Assembly: GCA_016931155.1 (NCBI GenBank)
Contig: JAFGFJ010000006.1
Span: 141,115 to 205,114, forward strand
Direction: 5' to 3'
DNA: 64,000 nt
Source of the DNA: Candidatus Dojkabacteria bacterium
GTDB lineage: Bacteria > Patescibacteriota > Dojkabacteria > B142 > JAFGFJ01
Positions within the stretch are counted from its first letter, which is position 1; every line of letters begins with the position of its first letter. The notes beneath the pieces were generated by a model, which worked only from the letters and a program-made list of their open reading frames with translations, did no database searches and was not told the DNA's origin. Both the position numbers and the translations under genes were made by a program. Shown piece by piece: positions 36,716 to 45,880 of the stretch.

Positions 36716-37632
36716 TGGGTAAAGTTTTAAAAGTTTTTCATAAGAGAAATTTTGCTTATCTCTTCTTCCTTATCCTTTTTTTTCTTGGTGTGTATGGGAT
36801 GTATATTATTGCTCTGGCTTTTGCAGGAAAGATCGAAATTCCAAAGGGAATTATGCTTGGCAGGGTTCAGTTCAGGTTCTATGGAATGATCATAGTTTTA
36901 TCCGTACTGATCTCAGCAGTTATATTTGAAAGGCTCGCAGGAAAACTTGCTAAAACGGATCAAAAATTCCGGAAAGAAACCAGAAAGTTTGATATTTATG
37001 AAGCTCTCATATGGATAATTATTCCAGGTGTTTTGTTGGGGAGAATTTTTTACTTTGTGCAAAATGCATCGATGTCTGGTGTATTCCCAGAGATTTATAA
37101 AGTTTGGGATGGAGGATTATCAATTTTTGGCGGGGTACTTGGTGGTGTTCTTGGTATAATTATTTACCTGAAAAGATCAAAAATTAATACTTTTCCTACC
37201 CTCGATCATGTATTTATAGCGATCCCGCTTGGACATGCTGTCGGGAGATGGGCAAACTTTATAAACCAGGAGATATATGGTCTTCCCACAAATCTTCCCT
37301 GGAAAATGTATATATCACCGGAAAATAAAGTCGGAATTGCACCTGAGTTTGTTGGGGAGAAATTCTATCATCCTTTATTTTTGTATGAGTTTATTCTGAA
37401 TCTTGTTCTTTTTGGGGTTTTGTATTTTCTTTTTAAAGCAAAAAATAAGAGATTTGACGGATTTTTCATCTCGGTTTATTTGGTCGGATATGGACTCATT
37501 AGATTTTTTATTGAATTTTTAAGGTTAGATCCTAAAGTATTTTTGGGGCTTTCTGTGGCACAATATATTTCAGTTGTTATGGTTGTTTCTGGTACAGTGG
37601 TTTTAGTGTTAAAGCTAAGAAAGGGGAAATAG
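36715..37632 (+). CDS. lgt: Prolipoprotein diacylglyceryl transferase
   Basis: RFYG, VWDGGLSIFGG, GRWANFINQEIYG, HPLFLYE, RFFIEFLR. Confidence 0.96.
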   Translation: MGKVLKVFHKRNFAYLFFLILFFLGVYGMYIIALAFAGKIEIPKGIMLGRVQFRFYGMIIVLSVLISAVIFERLAGKLAKTDQKFRKETRKFDIYEALIWIIIPGVLLGRIFYFVQNASMSGVFPEIYKVWDGGLSIFGGVLGGVLGIIIYLKRSKINTFPTLDHVFIAIPLGHAVGRWANFINQEIYGLPTNLPWKMYISPENKVGIAPEFVGEKFYHPLFLYEFILNLVLFGVLYFLFKAKNKRFDGFFISVYLVGYGLIRFFIEFLRLDPKVFLGLSVAQYISVVMVVSGTVVLVLKLRKGK

Positions 37633-37792
37633 TAAATTTTAAATATCTAACATGAGAACACTGTGGAAAAATGAACTGGGTTCTGAAGGAATAGAGACGA
37701 ACAAAATTCAAATGCACCAGGGCTGGATAAAGAGGACTTGGAGAACAACCCCCAAAAGAATTAAGGGATAATGAGGAATAGCAGTGGACACA

Positions 37793-38857
37793 ATGCATAA
37801 ATCAAAGATAAAAACACTTTTTATAGGCACATCGGAGTTTGCTGTACCGACCCTTCGTGCCTTGGCTCTGAGTAATCTCGTGGAACTTGTTGGAGTGGTA
37901 ACTCAGCCTGACAGGCCGGCAGGAAGAAAACAGGAACTCGAAGAGCCTGCTGTGAAAAAGGCTTATTTGGAACTTAAAGACGAGGGTACTTTGGAAAGAG
38001 ATGTGGAAATCTTCCAGCCTGATAAAATAAAGAATGAGGCAGAGAAGATTTTGAAGTTGACTGAGCCAGAATTGATAATCGTGGCTTCCTATGGACAGAT
38101 TCTTCCCGCAGCTATTATCAATTATCCAAAGTACAAATGTCTCAATGTTCACGCTTCTCTATTACCTGATCTGAGAGGTGCGGTTCCCATCCCCATGGCG
38201 ATTCTTAAAGGCTACGAGAAGACAGGAGTATCGATCCCTGTTATGACGGAAGGACTTGATGATGGGTCGATTGTTGTACAAAAGGAGTTGAGGATTTCGA
38301 AGGATGATACGACAGAGTCTTTGACAAAAAAGCTTGCAAATCTCGGAGCGAAACTTCTTATCGAAGTACTTTCTTCCTGGATTAAAGGAGAAATTGAGCC
38401 GACTCCACAAGAGGAAAGTGCAGCAACTTATTGCTACACAAAAGATATTTCAAAGGGAAAAGCAGAGATTAACTTTGATAAACCCATTGATGAGATAGAG
38501 AGAATGATAAGAGCTTTTTTTCCGTGGCCTGTTGCGTGGATGTGGATAGAGCTTGGTGGGCAGAAAAAACGACTAAAGATATATATAGCGAAGAAAGTTG
38601 ATATGAATTGTTTTGAGAGTAGATACAAATCTGATGTTTCTATGTTTGAGAGTAAACAGGAGGATTTCAGAACACATATTTACAGGGTGCTTCATAAACT
38701 TTCTGTCGAAGAGAAAAGAAATTGGGTATTTATTTTGTTCGAAAAAAAGTTATTCCTAGTGACTAAAGACGGAGCAATTGAGTTTATGCGAATACAACTA
38801 GAGGGTAAGAAAGTAGGAACTGGTAAGAGTTATCTCTATCTTGCACAAAAGAAATGA
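37793..38857 (+). CDS. fmt: Methionyl-tRNA formyltransferase
   Basis: FIGTSEFA, VVTQPDRPAGR, VASYGQIL, NVHASLLP..RGAVPI, IRAFFPWP. The track start GTG 37784 is also possible. Confidence 0.95.
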   Translation: MHKSKIKTLFIGTSEFAVPTLRALALSNLVELVGVVTQPDRPAGRKQELEEPAVKKAYLELKDEGTLERDVEIFQPDKIKNEAEKILKLTEPELIIVASYGQILPAAIINYPKYKCLNVHASLLPDLRGAVPIPMAILKGYEKTGVSIPVMTEGLDDGSIVVQKELRISKDDTTESLTKKLANLGAKLLIEVLSSWIKGEIEPTPQEESAATYCYTKDISKGKAEINFDKPIDEIERMIRAFFPWPVAWMWIELGGQKKRLKIYIAKKVDMNCFESRYKSDVSMFESKQEDFRTHIYRVLHKLSVEEKRNWVFILFEKKLFLVTKDGAIEFMRIQLEGKKVGTGKSYLYLAQKK

Positions 38858-39570
38858 ACATATCTGAGCTGCATAAATTTATTGATCAATGGAGAAAATT
38901 AAAATCATACCCTTCAGCAGGTGGGTGGCCGGATAAGCTTTTGCTCACTCCGGGTATCTGGAAAAAACTCTCAGAAATAATGAATTATACTAAAGGTGAT
39001 GGTCATGAGTATGCGGTAAACTTATTTTATGTTGACGGAGAAATTGTTGTTACACCATCTACAAGAGGTACTCGAGAGAGCGTGACTGCAAGGAACAAGA
39101 TAGAGGTGAAATATGAACCTGACAGGAAGGGATATTACTCGAAGAAAATATTCATTGATTCAAAGTTAGTTGGGAAAAGCGTGCTTACTCAAAGCAAAGT
39201 ACCAAAGAAAATAGAAATAAGTTATCTTTTTAATGTTCACACTCATCCTGTTTGGAAAAATCTGGGTCAAAAGGGAGTTTCTGTCGGATCTGAAAGCTAC
39301 AGTTTTTTCTCCGATACCGATATAAGAAGCTTTTTATTGTCACCTGCACTTGTAATGGGACTTCTTACTGATAGATTGTGGCTTGTGTGTAAAACAAGTG
39401 GATCTATAAAAATATTGGGTGAGAATGGGATAGAGAGGCTTTATGATATCAGTAAAGATATTTTTGAGGGGAAAGGAAATGCTGAATCTTTGATAAAAGA
39501 CAAGCTGGCTAACTGGGGTCTTGTGTTTTACAGGGCGGGAAAAAATCAAAGTCTGGTGAAGGTTAATTGA
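38854..39570 (+). CDS. Hypothetical protein with JAB/MPN-like metal motif
   Basis: HEYA...HTHP...FSDTD; start overlaps the fmt stop (ATGA). Confidence 0.6.
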   Translation: MNISELHKFIDQWRKLKSYPSAGGWPDKLLLTPGIWKKLSEIMNYTKGDGHEYAVNLFYVDGEIVVTPSTRGTRESVTARNKIEVKYEPDRKGYYSKKIFIDSKLVGKSVLTQSKVPKKIEISYLFNVHTHPVWKNLGQKGVSVGSESYSFFSDTDIRSFLLSPALVMGLLTDRLWLVCKTSGSIKILGENGIERLYDISKDIFEGKGNAESLIKDKLANWGLVFYRAGKNQSLVKVN

Positions 39571-39643
39571 GTCCTGCCGTTACCTGGCAAACTGTCAGGA
39601 GATTTAAAAGTGTTACCCGGTAAAAGATAAAACAGCCTGCCTA

Positions 39644-39652
39644 TGCTATAAT
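39644..39652 (+). promoter_or_regulatory. Extended -10 promoter for the wzm operon
   Basis: TG-C-TATAAT about 35 nt upstream of ATG 39688. Confidence 0.55.
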
Positions 39653-39687
39653 TCAGGATTCTTTTGGCTCATAGAAAAAGAAAAGAT

Positions 39688-40455
39688 ATGGGAAAAACAA
39701 ATACGGTTGATCTTCTTTTTGAACTGATAAAAACCAATTTTAAACTCAGGTACAACAATTCAGTACTGGGTTTTGTCTGGGTTCTTCTAAAGCCATTTTT
39801 AACATTTTTAGTTTTGTACATTGTTTTTTCCAACTTCAGGGGGAATTCGTCCATCGATAATTACACTATTTATCTTCTATCGGGAATAATACTTTTTACT
39901 TTTATTAACGAAGGAGTACTTTTTGGACTAAACTCTCTCCTTGATAAAGCAAACATTATTCTTAAAGTTAATTTCAATAAGATAATTGCAGTGCTCAGTT
40001 CGGAGATCATGGCTCTGGTAAATTTTCTGATCAATCTTCTGATTTTGTCTATCTTTATTATTTTTAATCCAGTAAACATTTCTGTTCTGAGTTTTTTTTA
40101 CTTATTGTTCATACTTTTTGTAATCTCGTTAGGATTAGTTTCAATTTCTTTGTTCTCCAGTATTCTTATCTTAAAATTCAGGGATTTGCAGAATATTGCT
40201 GAACTTGCAATGCAACTTTTATTTTATGGTTCAGCTATTTTTTATCCCGTAGAGCAAATCCCCGGGAGGTTTCAATGGCTTATTAAACTGAATCCACTCT
40301 ATAATCTGATTGATGCCGCAAGAAATGCTCTTGTGCAGGGGGAGATTATCAATACGAAAGAAGTGCTGATCATTTTTTTTGTTATTGTTTTCTTCTTCTC
40401 AATTGGGGCAATCTTCTTTTCCAGGAATGTAAAAAAGGTAGCTGAATACTTCTAA
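39688..40455 (+). CDS. wzm: Polysaccharide ABC exporter permease (Wzm/TagG family)
   Basis: FKLRYNNSVLGFVWVLLKP, FRDL, LFYGSAIFYP, NPL; six TMs. Confidence 0.92.
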   Translation: MGKTNTVDLLFELIKTNFKLRYNNSVLGFVWVLLKPFLTFLVLYIVFSNFRGNSSIDNYTIYLLSGIILFTFINEGVLFGLNSLLDKANIILKVNFNKIIAVLSSEIMALVNFLINLLILSIFIIFNPVNISVLSFFYLLFILFVISLGLVSISLFSSILILKFRDLQNIAELAMQLLFYGSAIFYPVEQIPGRFQWLIKLNPLYNLIDAARNALVQGEIINTKEVLIIFFVIVFFFSIGAIFFSRNVKKVAEYF

Positions 40456-40456
40456 T

Positions 40457-41326
40457 ATGGGAAATCTATTCGAACCAAAGGTCTCAATTGTAGTAGTGAA
40501 TCTCAATGGTGAAGATGATACTTTCGAATGTGTGGACTCATTGAAAAAGATTGGCTACAAGAATTATGAAATTGTTGTTGTTGATAATGGCTCTTCAAAG
40601 AAGAATTACGAAAGACTTAAGAAAAACTTAAAAGGCGTAACAATTCTCAGGAAAGAGGAAAATCTGGGTTTTACGGGAGGCTATAATGTTGGTATAAGAT
40701 ACGCAAAGGCATCAGGTTCCAGATATGTTGCCATATTAAATAACGATACTGTGGTAGATGAAAAATGGCTTTCTGAATTTGTAAAACTTGCTAAAGAAGA
40801 AAAGAAATTTGGAGTGATAGGGTCAAAATCGTGTTACTACGGTCAAAGAGAAATTATCCAGACCGCTGGTCTTGCCTTCAATAAGTTCTGGGCTACTTTT
40901 TATGAAATCGGAAACGGTCTTAGAGATGAGGATCATTATAATGAAAACAGAGAAGTAACAGCTGTGAGTGGAGTTTCTATGCTGATGGATTTAAAAAACC
41001 CGCTAGAGGATATATTATTTGATGAGGAACTATTTCTCTATTACGAGGATGTTGATCTATGTTTGAGAATGAAGAGAAATGGTTATAAAGTGCTGTATTG
41101 TGCCAAGTCAAAAGTCTATCATAAGATTTCAAGGACAGCCAAAAAGGTGAAAGGTCTTAGCTTGTATTGGGGGATAAGGAACAGGCTTAGAGTCATAAGA
41201 AGATACTATGGTTTTATTCCATATGTCTGGGTATTTATCAGACTTTTGGTAAAGGGGGTAGTAGATTTGTCTGTGATGGATAAGGTATCAGCTAAGGCTT
41301 ATTTTAGGGGATTATGTAATAAATAA
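40457..41326 (+). CDS. Glycosyltransferase family 2
   Basis: VVVDNGS, NLGFTGGYN, LNNDT, FLYYEDVDLCLR. Confidence 0.92.
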   Translation: MGNLFEPKVSIVVVNLNGEDDTFECVDSLKKIGYKNYEIVVVDNGSSKKNYERLKKNLKGVTILRKEENLGFTGGYNVGIRYAKASGSRYVAILNNDTVVDEKWLSEFVKLAKEEKKFGVIGSKSCYYGQREIIQTAGLAFNKFWATFYEIGNGLRDEDHYNENREVTAVSGVSMLMDLKNPLEDILFDEELFLYYEDVDLCLRMKRNGYKVLYCAKSKVYHKISRTAKKVKGLSLYWGIRNRLRVIRRYYGFIPYVWVFIRLLVKGVVDLSVMDKVSAKAYFRGLCNK

Positions 41327-41454
41327 TGAAAAATTTAGTTGAGATAAAAAATCTTTCTAAGGTGTTTGAAGTACCAAGAGAGAAAAAACAGACCTTGAAG
41401 AGCCATTTTCTGGATTTATTTAGAAGAACGAGTAAGGAATTTATACTATTATAG
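41326..41454 (+). pseudogene. Truncated 5' fragment of a wzt ABC ATPase gene
   Basis: Not in the ORF track. MKNLVEIKNLSKVFEVPREKKQTLKSHFLDLFRRTSKEF aligns with the N-terminus of the intact Wzt (AIKIDNVTKSFEIVSEKRDTIKSRFFNLFRPIRKKKF); coupled to the GT2 stop (TAATG). Confidence 0.85.
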
Positions 41455-41462
41455 TAAGGAAT

Positions 41463-42668
41463 CTATTGTTCCCATTTACTACTGACTAGGATATTCCCTC
41501 TTTGTCCGTTGTGAGGAGACTTAGTATTTACAGTAAAAATGGTTCCCTTGGGATAGAAGTCATAATACTTTGTCTCACTTTCACCAAATACAACAAAATT
41601 TACAAAGTACTTCCCCGATAACAGCGATGTATTATAGATATTAAACGAAATACTTCTTTTTTCCTTGTTTATTAATATCTTTGCGTACTTTGTATTTGTT
41701 CCGAATAAGTAGAAACCAGTCTTTTCATCATATATACCCAATCCTATGTGTAGGTTCTCGACGCCCTTATTTATTTTATAATCAATTCTGAACTTTATAT
41801 TATCACCCACTGTGAAGTTGTTCCCATCTTTTTTATTCTGATCTTCTATTGCTATTTTCGAAATTCTTACTTGTCCTGTGCCAGGCCTCTCTTTTTCTGG
41901 TGATCTATTTTCTGATTTTATTTCAGATTTATTGACCAATTCATGGTAGTGAAATATTATGTCTCTCACTTCCCCTTCTTTTGCAATTTTCCCGTCCACT
42001 AGTAGAACAGCTCTATCGGAAAACTCTTCTACTTGAGATAAAGAATGAGAAACAAATATGATTGTCTTTCCCAGCTTTTTCATTTTCCTAAAGTATTCAA
42101 AGCACTTTTCTTGAAAACCCATATCTCCAACAGCCAAGACTTCATCAAGTATATATATGTCAGCATCTGCTTTGATAGCTATTGAGAACGCTAGTCTCAC
42201 CTGCATTCCAGAAGAGAAGTTTTTAATGGGAACGTCTAGAAATTCTCTGATTTCAGCGAAATCAACAATCTCATTAAATTTTTCGTTGATAAATTTTCTA
42301 GTCATTCCAAGAATTGTTCCATTCAAGTAAATATTTTCTCTAGCACTTAATTCTGGGTTAAAGCCAACGCCAAGCTCTAAGAAGGGTATTATTTTGCCTC
42401 TCGTAACTATATTTCCTGAATCTGGAAGATATATTTGTGAAATAAGTTTTAACAAGGTCGATTTCCCGGATCCATTTTTTCCGATTATGCTGATAAACTC
42501 TCCTTTGTTTATTTCGAGAGTTAATCTGTCTATTGCTATAAATTTTTTTTTCCTTATTGGCCTGAAAAGATTGAAAAATCGAGATTTTATTGTGTCTCTT
42601 TTTTCACTGACTATTTCAAAACTTTTCGTTACATTATCTATTTTAATTGCTGTTTCAGTTTTCTTCAT
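41463..42668 (-). CDS. wzt: Polysaccharide ABC exporter ATPase with C-terminal Wzt_C domain
   Basis: GKNGSGKST, GFNPELSARENI, FSSGMQVRLAF, LDEVLAVGD, VSHS; about 150-aa beta-rich extension. Confidence 0.93.
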   Translation of the reverse strand: MKKTETAIKIDNVTKSFEIVSEKRDTIKSRFFNLFRPIRKKKFIAIDRLTLEINKGEFISIIGKNGSGKSTLLKLISQIYLPDSGNIVTRGKIIPFLELGVGFNPELSARENIYLNGTILGMTRKFINEKFNEIVDFAEIREFLDVPIKNFSSGMQVRLAFSIAIKADADIYILDEVLAVGDMGFQEKCFEYFRKMKKLGKTIIFVSHSLSQVEEFSDRAVLLVDGKIAKEGEVRDIIFHYHELVNKSEIKSENRSPEKERPGTGQVRISKIAIEDQNKKDGNNFTVGDNIKFRIDYKINKGVENLHIGLGIYDEKTGFYLFGTNTKYAKILINKEKRSISFNIYNTSLLSGKYFVNFVVFGESETKYYDFYPKGTIFTVNTKSPHNGQRGNILVSSKWEQ

Positions 42669-42735
42669 TAGTGGTATTTTGTATAAATTTTATTCTTATT
42701 GAAATACAGAAGTCGATTTCACCAGTATGATTATT

Positions 42736-43686
42736 TTACTCTGATAATTTTCCTTTAATTTTTTGTAGAGAATTAATGACTTTCGTCAGACCAGTTTTTT
42801 GAGATACCTTAATTATGTGTTTATTTTTACTAAGAATTTCAGATAATTGCTCATTTTGATTCCTTAAAGAAGTTAATTCTTCTTGCTGTTCTACTGTTTT
42901 CCTTTCTAGATTATGCAAAAAAGTTAGCCTTTCTGTGAGATCGGGAGTTTCACTATAGCTAAAGATATTTTTGGGAATTCTACTTAAAGAGCTACGGTTA
43001 GAAGTCGTCAGATTAATGTAGTTTTGAAAAGAATCCTCGGCAAGCAGATACTGCTCTTTATAATATTTTGAGAATATTCTATCTTCAATATAACTTGGAT
43101 CTAAACCTTGAGATTGGATTGCGTCAAGCAAAGAATATAGTCCACGAAAAATTACAAAATCTCTTGGAATTGGGAAATTCCAAGTCCACTCATAATCGAT
43201 GTTATAAATAATTTTTCTATTTATTGTGAAATTATCGAGGTTCAGATCAAGAATTCCTGGTTTAATCCATGCAGTCTCTTCATTTAGGTGATGGCCAAAA
43301 ATATTATTAAACTCCTTATTTATAATGGGAGGTTTTTTTATCTGATCCAATTTGTTAATAATCTCTTCAAGATAAAACTTAAATAGTTCATCTATATCTT
43401 TATAATCTCTTTGTTGAACACTCCTATACATTCTATTAAGTAGATTCTCCCCATTTATATATTTAAAAATTACTCTGTTATCAACTATGTTAGGTTTTAA
43501 TATTTGAAAGGGGAGATGGTAACTCGAAAGGAGTTTGTATTTGTTGTAAAAACTTCTTAGGAATTGTAGAGATGAAGGGAATGCAATTTTGTGTACAAGT
43601 AGGGATGTGCCATTACTAACAAAAGCAGTCATTAATCTAAACTTTTCCTTTCTATTTTGGTTATGTCTTACGTATAAAACTTTCAT
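42736..43686 (-). CDS. Kinase-like domain plus coiled coil (putative glycan chain terminator component)
   Basis: VHKIA, DLNLDN (catalytic-loop-like), IDYEW (DFG-like), C-terminal heptads and a basic amphipathic tail. Confidence 0.6.
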   Translation of the reverse strand: MKVLYVRHNQNRKEKFRLMTAFVSNGTSLLVHKIAFPSSLQFLRSFYNKYKLLSSYHLPFQILKPNIVDNRVIFKYINGENLLNRMYRSVQQRDYKDIDELFKFYLEEIINKLDQIKKPPIINKEFNNIFGHHLNEETAWIKPGILDLNLDNFTINRKIIYNIDYEWTWNFPIPRDFVIFRGLYSLLDAIQSQGLDPSYIEDRIFSKYYKEQYLLAEDSFQNYINLTTSNRSSLSRIPKNIFSYSETPDLTERLTFLHNLERKTVEQQEELTSLRNQNEQLSEILSKNKHIIKVSQKTGLTKVINSLQKIKGKLSE

Positions 43687-43695
43687 ATAACTTAC

Positions 43696-44586
43696 TTATT
43701 TCTTAATACTAATTTGAGACTTTTTTGCTACGATTAGAAATGCGTTAGAAAATATGTCAAAATACCCTGATTCAATTAATTGCCTTGCGACCCTTGCCTC
43801 ATTAAATAGTTCTGTTCTGTTGGTAGAATGTTTGGATGGATATATTCCTGCCTTCGGAAGAAAATTATTTGTGGGCAGATACTGGTCACTAAATATTTCA
43901 TCAGGAAAGTGATAGTGAGGTAGGGGATAATAGAAAAAGATATCTGAAAATCCTGTATCCTTGAGCATTTTACTGATTTCATCTTTACTGTAGGTTTGTA
44001 TGCCGTTATGTTTTGGGTACCCCTCGATACTCTCAAAAAACCCTACAGTGTGATCCTCTGGAGCTCCAGCCCAGTATTTTAGTCCAAACTTATTTTCTAT
44101 GGCAAGAATAAACTCACCATTTGTCTTCATAAGAGAACAGATTTTTTTGAGTAGCGTTAAGGCTGGATTTTTTGTTTTAATAAATAACCCTGAATATTCT
44201 AAGACACCGATAGCAGTGATAAAATCATACTTACTATCCGTTTCATATTTCATGACGTCGATGGGGAAAACCTTTAAATTTTTTAACTTTTTATATCTTT
44301 CTTTTATGATTTTTGCTCTTCTATCTGAAATTTCAATACAATCTACATGTTTCACTCTTGAGGTAAAAAGTCCTGTCAGTGCTCCACAGCCCCCGCCAAT
44401 TTCAAGCAAATTACCGCTTGAATGGAAATCATACCAATTAAGTAAGTTTTCTCTTCCTGGTGACAGATGAGCTATGAAAGGCCAAATCCCTGTTCTAATG
44501 AGATTATCCCTCTTTCGCTGTGATCCAACAGATTCCAGTAAAGCTTTTTCCACTTCATCCCCATCTGAATAAACCATAGTATTCAT
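43696..44586 (-). CDS. Class I SAM-dependent methyltransferase (glycan locus)
   Basis: LEIGGGCGALT, CIEIS, YDFITAIGVLEY, AIENKFGLKYWAG. Confidence 0.88.
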   Translation of the reverse strand: MNTMVYSDGDEVEKALLESVGSQRKRDNLIRTGIWPFIAHLSPGRENLLNWYDFHSSGNLLEIGGGCGALTGLFTSRVKHVDCIEISDRRAKIIKERYKKLKNLKVFPIDVMKYETDSKYDFITAIGVLEYSGLFIKTKNPALTLLKKICSLMKTNGEFILAIENKFGLKYWAGAPEDHTVGFFESIEGYPKHNGIQTYSKDEISKMLKDTGFSDIFFYYPLPHYHFPDEIFSDQYLPTNNFLPKAGIYPSKHSTNRTELFNEARVARQLIESGYFDIFSNAFLIVAKKSQISIKK

Positions 44587-44677
44587 ATTTGCTTAAGATG
44601 TTGTAATGTTATCACTAACTAGGACATTAAAAAATTGAATTGCTAAACCTTTGTTAATTAGATTCACTTTAAATGTG

Positions 44678-45880
44678 CTATATACCATTTAACTCACTGA
44701 AGGAGTTATTGTATCTTACTCTTTGCGTTGTGAATATATTTTGATCGGAATAAATTATTACTGGTCCTCCAGTTTGTTCATTGTATTGTGGAGTTATAGT
44801 CTGACCGGGGTTAACTCTTCCATCAAAGATAATAACGCCTTGAACCGTGATTATTACAATCGCTGTGGAATTAATCGATGGATTCCCAATAAGAATCCAT
44901 GCCTCTCTTATAACGCCACCCCCGTCACTGTCGTCATACCATGTATAGAACTGTTTCTTGTTTAATTTATTGTTATCAATAGATTTTGTTTCATTAAAGG
45001 AGTTGATATATCTGACTCTTTGTGTCGCATATATGGGTTGCGTACTAGTTACTACTATTGAACCTGTACAACATAGCTCATCCCATTGTACTGAGTTGCT
45101 ACTATTCGCATACACATTTATTACCTTATCGGGTTGTCCTGGAATTCTTAATGTGACCGATGTGTTTGAATCATTAGGATTGCCTATTAGTATGTATGCT
45201 TCTCTATGAATGCCTCCATTTTCGCTGTCATCGTACCAAGGGAAAAAGTGATTACTTTCTATATCTGAATTAGTTACAGCCATTATTTCGTTGAATGAAT
45301 CCATAAATTTAACTCTTTGAGAAGAATAAATATTTACTGGTATACCAGTACTTTTTTCTACAGCAGTTATCTTTACAGGGCCACCTCTTTGTTCGTCAAA
45401 TTGAAAACAAGTGCTTTCTCCGGGGGATGCAGACTGTGTATGTAATATAACTTGTCCGCTTGTATTTTTGAACTGAACTGTAACATCAACGTTTGCAGAA
45501 ACAGTTTCTGGTATTCCTGCGATGATCCATGCCTCTCTTACGACTCCATCGTCACTATCATCATACCAGGGGAAGTACAGCAAATTGGCTAACTCACTTG
45601 AAGGGAAACCCGTGATTTCTTCAAATGATTCGTTATACCTTACCCTTACCGAAGAGTAGATTGGTATACCGTTAGTACTGTTAACAACAATTGGTCCTCC
45701 GGACTGTTCATTAAACTGTGGAGTGATTCTTTCTCCTGGGGCTAACGTTTGATCTATTTCCAAGACACCTTTGTACCAAACCTCTATACTAGCAACTTCA
45801 GCTTGGCTTTGGTTTGCTATTATAAGCCATGCTTCTCTTGGTATACCAATGTCACTGTCGTCATACCATGGGAAGTAGTA
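44678..45880 (-). repeat. Four repeats of about 100 aa
   Basis: Each begins (F/Y)(P/T)WYDDS...REA(W/Y) and ends (Q/V)RV(R/K)(Y/F)xxSFxE. Confidence 0.85.

Noticed and set aside
37640-37785. Possible zinc-ribbon gene remnant or 39-aa ORF between lgt and fmt
   Set aside because: One frame reads *EHCGKMNWV...KFKC with several stops; too degraded to support a call.
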